The notes below the pieces were generated by a model that had not been told where the DNA came from, made no database searches, and saw nothing but the letters and a program-made list of their open reading frames with translations. The translations under genes and the position numbers were made by a program. From Patescibacteria group bacterium (GTDB taxonomy: Bacteria; Patescibacteriota; Patescibacteriia; JBAZBY01): 64,000 nt of DNA. Location of the stretch: the NCBI GenBank assembly GCA_041671225.1, contig JBAZBY010000001.1, positions 690,060-754,059 of the forward strand, written 5' to 3'. Below, piece by piece: positions 36,369-45,923 of the stretch (position 1 is the first letter of the stretch; each line of letters begins with the position of its first letter).

Positions 36369-37037
36369 ATGGATTTGATTACCGCATTACTTTTTCTTGT
36401 CGGTATCGCCGATGTGGTGATTGGCGTATATATTGGCATACAAAAACCAGTGACCACCATCCGTAAATCGTACACATGGGTGGTGTTTGGAACAGCTGGG
36501 TGGGTATTGGCGAATGCTGTTTTTCGACTTATGAGCACGGATGCCGCTGTTGAAATTGCGGAACGCCTCACGTTCTTATTCGGCACCGTAGCGACATCAG
36601 CCTTTCTCTACTTCTCTTTCGTTTTCCCATATACAAAGCGTCCCCTGAAGCAATGGATGTTTTTGTATGTAGTTTTAAGTGCTGTCGTCATTTGTATTTT
36701 TGCCTTATTTACAGAATTTTTTCTTGTTAGAAGCGTTTCAGTTGGATCACATGAAAGTATCAGTACCTATGGACAATTCTACGCAGTATTTTTTATTTGG
36801 TTTATTGGTACTTGGATATGGAGTATTGCGAATCTTCTATTGAAGTATAAGGATGCAGATGCGTTTTCTCGTTGGCAAATACGCATGATGCTGTTTGCGG
36901 TTCCGTTAACAATTATTCTCGCAATTCTTTTTGATCTCATTGCGCCGTATCTCCAGATTGCTGGCACAGGGTGGTTCGCTTCAGTATCATCGGTTATTTG
37001 GCTGGGTTTTACTGTTTATATTGTGATGAAACGATGA
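36369..37037 (+). CDS. stand-alone polytopic membrane sensor-domain protein, paralog A (ends ...YIVMKR)
   Basis: about 7 TM helices; 'DAFSRWQIRMM' block; homologous to the N-terminal membrane domain of the histidine kinase at 40191; stop overlaps the next start (ATGA). Confidence 0.65.
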   Translation: MDLITALLFLVGIADVVIGVYIGIQKPVTTIRKSYTWVVFGTAGWVLANAVFRLMSTDAAVEIAERLTFLFGTVATSAFLYFSFVFPYTKRPLKQWMFLYVVLSAVVICIFALFTEFFLVRSVSVGSHESISTYGQFYAVFFIWFIGTWIWSIANLLLKYKDADAFSRWQIRMMLFAVPLTIILAILFDLIAPYLQIAGTGWFASVSSVIWLGFTVYIVMKR

Positions 37038-37699
37038 ACACCACCGACATCCTTTCCTGGTTCAACATCGTGGTTGCCGCAGCAGAGCTCTATTTTGCAT
37101 TCTATATGCTGCTCACGCGCGTGCGGAGCAAGGTGAGCGTTTTTTATTTTTTGTTTTCCCTTGGAGTTGCGGGGTGGGTATACAGCATCGGCGGGTTTTA
37201 TCTGTTTGAGAATCCAGGGGTCGAGCGGTTTCACCTCAACCTCGCGTATATTTCCGCCTCGCTCATCATGTCGGCGCTCTTTCTCTTTGCCATGGTGTTT
37301 CCTTTCCAGAAGCGGCGACTGGGGCTGGAACACTATGCACTCGCGATCCTTCCATTCCTGGCATTTGCGGTCGCATCCTTCGCGCATCAGATCCTCACCG
37401 GTTACATCAAAGATCCCACGGAGTATTTCCTTGGTCCGCTGTACACGCCGTACACCATCTATATCGTGGGATATTATCTCATTGCCATGGCGCTGTTGGT
37501 GGAAAAGTACCGTATGAGTGACGGCATCCACCGCTGGCAGCTCAAGAATCTCATTTTGAGCCTGCTCTTTGCGGGCGTCATGGGCGTTACCTTCAACCTG
37601 CTGATCCAATTCTGGGGCATCGCGTATCTGAACCACGTGGGAACCCTTGCGTCGGTCATTTGGTTCAGCACGACCTTATACATTGTGATGAAGAGATGA
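37034..37699 (+). CDS. stand-alone membrane sensor-domain protein, paralog B
   Basis: 'DGIHRWQLKNL' block, ends ...LYIVMKR; ATGA overlap at both ends. Confidence 0.65.
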   Translation: MNTTDILSWFNIVVAAAELYFAFYMLLTRVRSKVSVFYFLFSLGVAGWVYSIGGFYLFENPGVERFHLNLAYISASLIMSALFLFAMVFPFQKRRLGLEHYALAILPFLAFAVASFAHQILTGYIKDPTEYFLGPLYTPYTIYIVGYYLIAMALLVEKYRMSDGIHRWQLKNLILSLLFAGVMGVTFNLLIQFWGIAYLNHVGTLASVIWFSTTLYIVMKR

Positions 37700-38376
37700 T
37701 TGACCAGCCATATTTTGCAATTGCGGCCATGATAATAATAGGGCTTTTTGATTTTGGATTCGCATCCTTTATTTTTACCCGCTATCAACGAGAGTCGCGG
37801 ATTATCATGTATGGCATGTTTGCGCTGATGGTTGGTGGGTGGGTTCTCCTCAATGGGGTTGGTCTACTCTTTGAGCGAGGCGGTGCAACCTCAGATTTTT
37901 TTGGTCGAAGTGCATTTGTCTTTGCGGCTTTCATTTTTCCGTTTATGTATGTCTTCTCTGTTCTTTTCCCATTCCCATCAGCGCGTATTGACGGACGGTT
38001 CGTTTTTCTTGCCCTGCTGCCGGCAATACTTTTGTCCGCCCTTGCATACTTCACCGACGCACTCATTCAGGGGTTTGATTTAACTCGGTATGCACAAACA
38101 ATACCCGGTGAGGGTTTTTGGCTCTACGTGCTGTATATACTGATATTCTTTGGATTAATTCTTGCGGAACTCCTCGGTAAATTCCGGCGTTCCGATGGCA
38201 TTCATCGCTGGCAACTAAAGTACTTAATTATTGTCATAGCCCTTTCTGGCTTTATCGGCATTATCACGGTACTTATTTTGCCTTATATCTGGTACTTTGA
38301 CTCACTTGCATGGATTGGGCCATGTTCATCAATCATTTGGCTTGGTGGGAGTATGTATATTGTTATGAAGAGATGA
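37696..38376 (+). CDS. stand-alone membrane sensor-domain protein, paralog C
   Basis: 'DGIHRWQLKYL' block, ends ...MYIVMKR. Confidence 0.65.
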   Translation: MIDQPYFAIAAMIIIGLFDFGFASFIFTRYQRESRIIMYGMFALMVGGWVLLNGVGLLFERGGATSDFFGRSAFVFAAFIFPFMYVFSVLFPFPSARIDGRFVFLALLPAILLSALAYFTDALIQGFDLTRYAQTIPGEGFWLYVLYILIFFGLILAELLGKFRRSDGIHRWQLKYLIIVIALSGFIGIITVLILPYIWYFDSLAWIGPCSSIIWLGGSMYIVMKR

Positions 38377-38440
38377 TTTATTTACGACAGCAATAAGCAC
38401 GTCTAATTTCTACTTGATTAGTTTTCCCAGGTACTGACAA

Positions 38441-39142
38441 ATGAGTTATATTATTAGAAAAGTAAAATCAGTTTTTAAAACTATTTATTTCACTTTTTTT
38501 TATAAAGAATTATTTAAAGATTACCGCTTTACTATTAGTAAAGCTTCGACTGAAGTAGAACGAAGGGAGTTGTATCGATTAAGATACCAGGTGTACTGCG
38601 AGGAATATGGTTATATTGATAGGAATAACTGTCCAGACGGATTAGAAAAAGATGTTTATGATGAGCATTCAGATTACTTTATTATTCGTGATAGTAAAAA
38701 TAATATTGCTGCAACGGTAAGAATTATTAAGAATTCTCAAGCAGGATTTCCTCTTGAGAAAAATTTTCACCTAAATATTGAAACATCAAATCTTGATCAT
38801 GATCATTTAGTCGAGATTTCAAGACTTATAGTTGCTAGAAAGTATCGAAAAAAATTATTGCTATTGTTTCTAGTGAAGGGTTTATATTTGTATGCGATAG
38901 AACAAAAGATAACTCATGCATATTTTATAATCGATGAAAAACTCTATCCTCTTCTCTTGAAGATTAAAGTACCTGTAATAAAAATTGGAACACCGGCAAT
39001 CTATCAGGGTTTAACATTTCCATGTCTTGTTGATGTTACTGAATGGGAACGTAATGTTAGAAGAAGTAGAAGTTTTAATAGGTTTTATTATTTTGGCGGT
39101 ATGGATTTAAGCGATGACGGAAATAAGTATGAAGTTCATTAA
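38441..39142 (+). CDS. GNAT-fold N-acyltransferase of the FeeM / N-acyl amino acid synthase type
   Basis: 'RRELYRLRYQVYCEEYGYID....DGLEKDVYDEHSDYFIIRD', 'VEISRLIVARKYR' match the conserved blocks of the exosortase-associated N-acyl amino acid synthase family; very AT-rich. Confidence 0.65.
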   Translation: MSYIIRKVKSVFKTIYFTFFYKELFKDYRFTISKASTEVERRELYRLRYQVYCEEYGYIDRNNCPDGLEKDVYDEHSDYFIIRDSKNNIAATVRIIKNSQAGFPLEKNFHLNIETSNLDHDHLVEISRLIVARKYRKKLLLLFLVKGLYLYAIEQKITHAYFIIDEKLYPLLLKIKVPVIKIGTPAIYQGLTFPCLVDVTEWERNVRRSRSFNRFYYFGGMDLSDDGNKYEVH

Positions 39143-39159
39143 GATTTACGAGGGATACC

Positions 39160-40194
39160 GTGCAAGGCATTCAAGATAATTTGGGCGAGTATTTTAATTT
39201 TACGCCAGGTGTTTTTCTATATATATATATACTAACATTTATTCCATCATGGATCGCACTGATATTATCACTTCGTTATCTTAAGAGACGCAACATTCAC
39301 GCTAGTCTCTTTTGGCTCATTATCCTTTTTGGTTTATTGGCCTTGCCGTATCTGTATGTATTAGTTGGGAGCGTAGGTCTTCCTTGGCAATTTTTGAGCG
39401 CGATTATTCTCATTCCGACATACAGCTTCTCAAAAATTTTAATGAACAGAAAAACATATTCTGATACCTTCGGGGGTTCATTTTTTTGGACTTTATATGC
39501 AAAAGTGTATGATTTGTTGCTTCTTTTCAGTCCCTATAAACAACTTGTATCTCAGCTTTTAGAAGAAATAAGAGTAACTAAGCCAGCTGGGAATATTATT
39601 GATATTGGTTGCGGTACAGGAAATCTTGCGGTGTCACTTTCTGCGAATACAAACTATACTATTTTAGGAATAGATAATTCTATTGGAATGCTTACGCGTG
39701 CACAAAAAAAACATTATGATAAACAAAGGGTGCTTTTTCAAAAAGTTGATCTAGAGAATGAAAATTTTATATCTGAGATAGATGGAAAATTTGATATTGC
39801 TATTATTAGTAATGTGCTTTATACACTTGGGTCACCAATTATGGTTCTTAAGCAAATCAAAGCATTATTAAACAATGATGGCTTCTTAATTATCTCAGAA
39901 CCTAAGCAGGGTTCTAGTTTATATGCTTTATTCAAAGAGCACTATAGACAATTGTTTAGTCATTTTAGTATTAATAATCTAATCATATCTGTTAGGGATT
40001 TTTTTATTTTATTAGTTGTTGGTGTATTTAATTTTGCAATTTCTTTTAGAGCACGGGGTAGGGGGTCATATTCTTTTTTTTTACCGCACAATCTTACTCA
40101 ACTAGTTCAGGAATCTGGATTCAGTATTGAAAAAATTGGTGCGTCTTATGCAAACCAAAATATCTTACTTAAAGCAAAAAAAATACTAACATGA
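39160..40194 (+). CDS. membrane-anchored class I SAM-dependent methyltransferase
   Basis: 2-3 N-terminal TM helices, motif I 'IIDIGCGTGNLAV', 'DIAIISNVLY'; stop overlaps the histidine kinase start (ATGA). Confidence 0.7.
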   Translation: MQGIQDNLGEYFNFTPGVFLYIYILTFIPSWIALILSLRYLKRRNIHASLFWLIILFGLLALPYLYVLVGSVGLPWQFLSAIILIPTYSFSKILMNRKTYSDTFGGSFFWTLYAKVYDLLLLFSPYKQLVSQLLEEIRVTKPAGNIIDIGCGTGNLAVSLSANTNYTILGIDNSIGMLTRAQKKHYDKQRVLFQKVDLENENFISEIDGKFDIAIISNVLYTLGSPIMVLKQIKALLNNDGFLIISEPKQGSSLYALFKEHYRQLFSHFSINNLIISVRDFFILLVVGVFNFAISFRARGRGSYSFFLPHNLTQLVQESGFSIEKIGASYANQNILLKAKKILT

Positions 40195-42983
40195 ATGCAA
40201 TTCTTGTTTTTTCTTCTGTTCTAGCAGCCCTTGTATTTATTTTAGGTGTCGTTATTTTGTTGCGGGGAAAAAATCAGAGAACGAATATTGTATTCTCATT
40301 GATTACTTTATCAGCATTTTTGTGGACTGTTTCAAATATATTTGTAGATACCTCATATACTTCTTCTGCTGCATTGTTTTGGAGTCGTACGGCGTTACTT
40401 GGGCCGATTTTTATTGCAAGCCTTTTTGTGATTTTTGTTTCGATTTTCCCTTCTGGCGTGCTAAGTCTTCAGAAAAAATTATTTTATTCACTCCCAATTC
40501 TTCCGTTCCTACCGTTTATCTATACAAACTCAAATATCTCAGCTGTTAAATTTGTTAATGGGACAGTTCAAGCAACACCAGGAGTATTATTCTATTTTGT
40601 GCTAGTCTATTTTGCAGTATTTTTTGGGTTTGGATTTTGGACACTTATTCAGAAATATAGAAAGTCTTACGGTTTACAACGACAGCAGATCACTTATGTA
40701 TTTTTGGGATTTTTTCTTACTGTAGGAATCGCAACCTTCACAAATTTATTGTTACCACTTTTTGGGATTCAAAATGTGCAAAGCCTTGGGCCAGCTTCTA
40801 CATTTTTTCTTATATCATTTATTGGCTATGCAATCATTCGCCATCGTCTCCTTGACATAAGTATCATCATTAGACGGTCCATCGTCTATGTCTTCCTCAT
40901 CGCATTTGTTGCCGGTTCCTTTGCAGGCGTCACCTTCCTCTCCGGACGTCTATTTTCAGAGGCCCTCGGTCTCGGGCAATTTCTCACTTCCGGCCTCGTT
41001 GCTTTACTGGTTGTTCTTCTTCTTGATCCTCTCAAAAATTATATTTCTCGCGTAACAGACAAAATTTTCTTTAAGGCAAAAATTGATTACAGTACCGTCC
41101 TGCAAAAACTCTCAACGACCATGGCAGAAAAGATCGAGATGGACCCGTTGTTGGAAGAAGTTGCGCATATAACAAAAGAAGAGCTCAAGGTAGAATCTGT
41201 GATAACGATCCCAAAGAACAAGCAGGGGAACTTTCGCGCACGCGTGAACCGTCCGCCGCATGATATGTCTCTCATTTTGAAGCAGGATTCTGAGCTCATT
41301 AAATTCCTTTCAACAGGAGAGATTTCTGTATTGGATTCCTTAGAGCGCAAGATCGAAGACACCACAAATGACCGTGAGCGTAAGAAGCTTGAAAAATCCA
41401 AAGAAGACATGAAGCTTGCCCATGCAGCTATTGCCGCGCCCATCATGCGCAAAGGGGAACTCACAGGGGTCTTTTTTATTGGGCCAAAGAAGTCCGGCGA
41501 TAGCTTTTCCCTTGAGGAGCTCCGGCTTTTCAAAGTGCTGGGGCCTCAGCTTGCAACTGCCCTTGAAAAGGCGCGCCTCTTTGAAGAGGTAAAAGCCTTT
41601 ACCGCGCAGTTGCAACAGCGCGTTGAAAGCGCAACCAAGGAATTGCGGGAACGGAACGCATACCTTGTTGCCTTGCAGGATGTCTCCGCGGCCATCACCC
41701 GCACGTTTGACTTTGATAAAGTCACGCAAGAAATCACGAATGCGATTGCGGATGAACTTGGTTTTGTCGGCGGGCTTATGGTGTTTCTCGATAACGATGG
41801 ACGGAACGTCTTTCCGCAGGCAATCACACAAACAAAGATAACAGAGCGCGCCCTAAAACTTCTGCCAACGAACTTCAAGGAGTTTAAGGGAGATCTCTAC
41901 AAAGAGAATACGCTGGATCACCGCGTTATCCGCGAAGGCAAACGCAGGATTACCACACAGCTTTCTGACGTTATTTCACCACCGGTTCCAAAATTGATCG
42001 TGAAAGGAATTCAGAAGCTGCTTGGCATTAAGACATTAGTACTCGTCCCAATTTTTTCGGAAGATAAAGCAGTGGGAGCGATTGACTTTGCACTTGCGAA
42101 AGAGGAGAAAGATATCAGCGCCCGTGAATTTGAAATCATGCAGGCACTTGCAGACCAAACAGGGATCGCGTACCGGAACTGGCGGTATGTTGAACGTATT
42201 AAAGAAGCAAACCGGCAGCTTGAAGACGCAAATGAGCGCCTGATGCAGCTGGATCAGGCGAAGACGGAGTTCGTCTCAATTGCTTCTCACCAGCTCCGCA
42301 CGCCAATGACCGGCATCGCGGGGTATCTTTCTATGCTGGTGGGAGGGGACTTTGGCAAGCTCATCCCTGAGCATGGCAAAATTTTGAAGCAACTGCTTGA
42401 AGAAAGTCAACGCATGATACGGCTCATCAACTTGTTCCTCAACGTCTCCAAGATCGAAGCGGGCAAGTTTGAGCTTACCTTCCAACCCACCCAGCTTGAG
42501 GACGTGGTGGAGGGTGAGGTGAAGGAATTAATTCGCTTGGCAGCAGAGAAGAAGCTCAAACTCACCTTCAATAAACCAAAGAAAAAGCTTCCTCTTGTGA
42601 CGGCTGATGGCGACAAACTGAAGGATGTTATTTTGAACCTTGTGGACAATGGCATTAAATACACGGCAGAGGGGAGTATCGTTGTGGATATGGCAAAGGT
42701 TGGGAATGAGGTGCATGTTTCCGTGAAGGATACCGGCATCGGCATTGAACCGGATGATGCAAAACATTTGTTCCAAAAGTTCGTCCGCGCTTCCGGCATC
42801 GCGCAGATCCACCCTGATGGTTCCGGCTTGGGACTCTTTATCGCAAAGAAGATCGTTGAGGCGCACGGCGGCAGCATTTGGGTTGAAAGCAAAGGGCAGG
42901 GCAAGGGCAGCACGTTCTTTTTTGCCATTCCAATCGAAAAAGCAAAGGTCTTATCAGCAGCGACAACAACAAAGAAAATATGA
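40191..42983 (+). CDS. sensor histidine kinase: polytopic N-terminal membrane domain, GAF-type domains, HisKA, HATPase_c
   Basis: H-box 'SIASHQLRTPMTGIAGYLSML', N-box 'LNLVDNGIKYT', G-boxes 'DTGIGI' and 'GSGLGLFIAKKIVEAHGGSIW'; first about 660 nt AT-rich like the upstream insertion. Confidence 0.9.
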   Translation: MNAILVFSSVLAALVFILGVVILLRGKNQRTNIVFSLITLSAFLWTVSNIFVDTSYTSSAALFWSRTALLGPIFIASLFVIFVSIFPSGVLSLQKKLFYSLPILPFLPFIYTNSNISAVKFVNGTVQATPGVLFYFVLVYFAVFFGFGFWTLIQKYRKSYGLQRQQITYVFLGFFLTVGIATFTNLLLPLFGIQNVQSLGPASTFFLISFIGYAIIRHRLLDISIIIRRSIVYVFLIAFVAGSFAGVTFLSGRLFSEALGLGQFLTSGLVALLVVLLLDPLKNYISRVTDKIFFKAKIDYSTVLQKLSTTMAEKIEMDPLLEEVAHITKEELKVESVITIPKNKQGNFRARVNRPPHDMSLILKQDSELIKFLSTGEISVLDSLERKIEDTTNDRERKKLEKSKEDMKLAHAAIAAPIMRKGELTGVFFIGPKKSGDSFSLEELRLFKVLGPQLATALEKARLFEEVKAFTAQLQQRVESATKELRERNAYLVALQDVSAAITRTFDFDKVTQEITNAIADELGFVGGLMVFLDNDGRNVFPQAITQTKITERALKLLPTNFKEFKGDLYKENTLDHRVIREGKRRITTQLSDVISPPVPKLIVKGIQKLLGIKTLVLVPIFSEDKAVGAIDFALAKEEKDISAREFEIMQALADQTGIAYRNWRYVERIKEANRQLEDANERLMQLDQAKTEFVSIASHQLRTPMTGIAGYLSMLVGGDFGKLIPEHGKILKQLLEESQRMIRLINLFLNVSKIEAGKFELTFQPTQLEDVVEGEVKELIRLAAEKKLKLTFNKPKKKLPLVTADGDKLKDVILNLVDNGIKYTAEGSIVVDMAKVGNEVHVSVKDTGIGIEPDDAKHLFQKFVRASGIAQIHPDGSGLGLFIAKKIVEAHGGSIWVESKGQGKGSTFFFAIPIEKAKVLSAATTTKKI

Positions 42984-43411
42984 TCACACCACCCCGACCC
43001 ATGAGAGTCCTCGTTGTGGAGGACGAACCGCTCATCTCCAGTCTGTATGCGCGCGCACTTGGCAAGGATAAGAATATCACTGTTGAGACAGCAAAAGATA
43101 AGATTGATGCTGTGGCAAAGATAGAACATTTTGAGCCGGATATCGTGTTTTTGGATCTTATGATTCCTCTTGGGACGCATGAGTTCACCGCGGATTATGA
43201 TCACCCCGCCGGCTTTGACGTTTTAGAAACGGTCAAGCGTAATCCGCACACAAAAAATGCAAAGGTGATCGTCCTTTCCTGTTTGGATGGACAGCAACAT
43301 AAGGCGCATGCGGAATCATTGGGCGCCGATGCATACGTCGTGAAATCAGAGATCGACCCGCATGAATTGATCGAACGATCCAGACAGATGTTTGCCAAAC
43401 AGGCGCGATAA
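42980..43411 (+). CDS. single-domain response regulator (CheY-like receiver only)
   Basis: 'RVLVVEDEPLI', phospho-acceptor 'FLDLMIP', 'VIVLSC', 'AYVVK'; no output domain. Confidence 0.85.
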   Translation: MITPPRPMRVLVVEDEPLISSLYARALGKDKNITVETAKDKIDAVAKIEHFEPDIVFLDLMIPLGTHEFTADYDHPAGFDVLETVKRNPHTKNAKVIVLSCLDGQQHKAHAESLGADAYVVKSEIDPHELIERSRQMFAKQAR

Positions 43412-43413
43412 GC

Positions 43414-44673
43414 ATGGCTGAGCGCAAAAAATCTGTTGTCATCTGCGGAGGCGGTTTTGCGGGGCTTTCTGCTGCGCGCAGTATCGCGCGTTCACCAGGT
43501 ATGGAGCATGCCCAGATAACAGTGTTGGATGATTCGGTGTTTTATGTCTACCATGCGTGGCTCTATGAAGTGGCGACCTTTACTATTGAGCACGGCATTT
43601 CACAGAAGCGACTTCGAGATTTTGTATGCATTCCTACTGAATCGCTCGAGTATCTTTTTTCAGAAACCAATATACGTTTTGTACAGGATCGCGTTACGAG
43701 TGTTGACCTTGCGAGTAAGACGGTGCGGTGTGAGAGTGGTCGTAGTTATCAGGGTGATGTTGTGCTCTATGCACTAGGGAGCATCACAAATGATTTTGGT
43801 GTTCCGGGTGTTCCAGAGCACACCGTTGGGTTGAAAAATCTTGAAGATGCACTGACGATCCATGAACGTATTCAGGAACTTTTTCGCGATGTGCAGCTGC
43901 ATCCCAGGCAGCGTAAGGTGGTGATTTGCGGTGGCGGGCTTTCTGGGGTGGAAGTTGGCGCAGAGCTGATGCACTACATCCGTCACATGGAGCGTGATCA
44001 CGCGTTACCGGAAGGAAGGGTTACAGTGGAGATTATTGAGGCAGGTCCAAAAATCCTTTCTATGCTTCGTGATTCTGTCCGTAAGATTGCAGAATATCGT
44101 CTGAAGAAGCTCGGCGTGACCGTGCGTCTCAATACACGCATCACGAGCATCGCACACGATGAATATGCAGTAGAGGATGGTGCGGTTTCGCGTCACGACC
44201 TGTTTATTTGGACCGGTGGCGTGAAGCCAAATCCCGTCGTGCAGAATATCCCCGGAATGCCCTTAGACGGGCACTCCTGCATCATGACGGAGCCGACGTT
44301 GCAGGTGCAGGGACATCCCGGCGTTTTTGCATTAGGTGATGCGGCAGCATGTATGCCACTCGGAGGAAAGCATCCGCTTCCAGCAACAGGGCAGATTGCC
44401 TGGAAAGAGGGTATCGCAGTCGGGCCAAACATTGCGGCGTACCTTACCGGAAAGCCCTTGCACGCCGTGCATGTGAAACAGGAGGGCCCGGTGGTACCAC
44501 TTGGCGGCAAGTGGGCCATTGCTGTGCTTGGACCTCATACCGTTTTTTCCGGATTCATCGGATTTGTCATACGGCGCATTGCGGATTTTCGCTATTTAAG
44601 GTCACTGCTACCATTCTGGGAAGCGGTTCGGTTTGTCGCGGAAGGTACGCGTGTCTTTTCCAAAAACGACTAG
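43414..44673 (+). CDS. ndh: type II NADH dehydrogenase / FAD-dependent pyridine nucleotide-disulfide oxidoreductase
   Basis: two Rossmann GxGxxG motifs ('VVICGGGFAGLSAA', 'VVICGGGLSGVEVGAEL'). Confidence 0.75.
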   Translation: MAERKKSVVICGGGFAGLSAARSIARSPGMEHAQITVLDDSVFYVYHAWLYEVATFTIEHGISQKRLRDFVCIPTESLEYLFSETNIRFVQDRVTSVDLASKTVRCESGRSYQGDVVLYALGSITNDFGVPGVPEHTVGLKNLEDALTIHERIQELFRDVQLHPRQRKVVICGGGLSGVEVGAELMHYIRHMERDHALPEGRVTVEIIEAGPKILSMLRDSVRKIAEYRLKKLGVTVRLNTRITSIAHDEYAVEDGAVSRHDLFIWTGGVKPNPVVQNIPGMPLDGHSCIMTEPTLQVQGHPGVFALGDAAACMPLGGKHPLPATGQIAWKEGIAVGPNIAAYLTGKPLHAVHVKQEGPVVPLGGKWAIAVLGPHTVFSGFIGFVIRRIADFRYLRSLLPFWEAVRFVAEGTRVFSKND

Positions 44674-44729
44674 AAAAGACACTACCAGAAAAGTTCAAAA
44701 TATGGTTTACTATATGCAGTGAACCTCTT

Positions 44730-45923
44730 ATGAAATTGCGCAAACTCACTGCAGATTTAGTCAGGGGGAAGCGAGTCCTTCATCGCGTATGTTTGGATGT
44801 GAAGTTTGATAAAAAGAACGGTCAGCGCATCGTAAAGGATGACAAGCGTTTGCGTGAGATTCTTCCCACGATACGGTTTCTCAGAAAGGCCAATGCGAAG
44901 GTCATCATTTTAACGTATATTGGCAGACCCAAAGGCAAGAGGGTTCCTGAGCTTTCTGCTGATCCGGTTGCCGCGCGGCTTGGTGAACTCCTACATATAC
45001 GAGTAAAAAAAGTTGATGATTGTATTGGTCCGGCTGTTCAAAAAGCCATAGCCGCTATGAAGCCCCGCGATGTGTTGATGCTGGAAAATGTACGTTTTCA
45101 TGCAGAAGAAGGAGAAGGAACAAAAGGAAAAACTGACGGGAGTGATACTTTCGGGAAAAAACTTGCAGCACTTGCTGATGTCATTGTAATGGACGCCTTC
45201 GGGCAGATGCACCGCGCAGTACCTTCCATTTTGCATATCCAGAAGTATATGCGTAAACGCGCCGCTGGTTTACTACTAGAAAAAGAAGTGAAGGAATTGG
45301 ATCGTGCTTTGAATAGTCCGTATCATCCCTTTACCGTGATCATCGGCGGAGCAAAAGTGGAAACAAAACTTCCTGTTATGACAGCGCTCATGAAGCATGC
45401 AGATGATATGCTCGTTGGCGGCGTCCTGGCAAATACATTGCTCAAAGCAAAGGGCATTCAGACGGGGCGTTCGCTTGTTGATGATGACACGATGTTCATG
45501 CTTAAGAAATTCAATCTTACGGATAAGCGTTTGCATTTGCCCGTTGATGTGATGGTGGAGGATGCTGCTGGCAAGCGCCACAAGCGCGCGGTGGGAGCGG
45601 TGCAACCGCGCGAAAGGATTCTGGATATTGGGCCAGAAACGATCGTACTCTTCCATGACATTCTCAAAAAAGCAAAGATGGTACTTTGGAACGGTCCGCT
45701 TGGGTATTTTGAAGATCCCACGTATGCCATTGGTACAAACGAGGTCGGCAGGATTCTTGGCAAGGTGTCTGCCTACACGATCATTGGTGGCGGAGAAACC
45801 ATTACCGCGGTCAGAAACGCGCGCGCAGAAAAACATATTGATTTCATTTCAACCGGCGGCGGCGCCATGCTCGAATTTTTAACCGGGAAAACACTCCCAG
45901 GCATTAAACCTCTCTTGGTATGA
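44730..45923 (+). CDS. pgk: phosphoglycerate kinase
   Basis: 'GKRVLHRVCLDV...DDKRLREILPTIRFL...AKVIILTYIGRPKG', 'GGGA' hinge; the ORF-track N-terminal extension overlapping ndh is rejected. Confidence 0.9.
   Translation: MKLRKLTADLVRGKRVLHRVCLDVKFDKKNGQRIVKDDKRLREILPTIRFLRKANAKVIILTYIGRPKGKRVPELSADPVAARLGELLHIRVKKVDDCIGPAVQKAIAAMKPRDVLMLENVRFHAEEGEGTKGKTDGSDTFGKKLAALADVIVMDAFGQMHRAVPSILHIQKYMRKRAAGLLLEKEVKELDRALNSPYHPFTVIIGGAKVETKLPVMTALMKHADDMLVGGVLANTLLKAKGIQTGRSLVDDDTMFMLKKFNLTDKRLHLPVDVMVEDAAGKRHKRAVGAVQPRERILDIGPETIVLFHDILKKAKMVLWNGPLGYFEDPTYAIGTNEVGRILGKVSAYTIIGGGETITAVRNARAEKHIDFISTGGGAMLEFLTGKTLPGIKPLLV

Noticed and set aside
42407-43204. 265-aa minus-strand ORF antisense to the histidine kinase and receiver
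   Set aside because: It overlaps two genes with unambiguous two-component motifs.
44349-44729. N-terminal 127-aa extension of the pgk ORF overlapping the ndh 3' end
   Set aside because: PGK alignment begins at MKLRKLT (44730). The extension has no PGK similarity and overlaps a well-supported gene.
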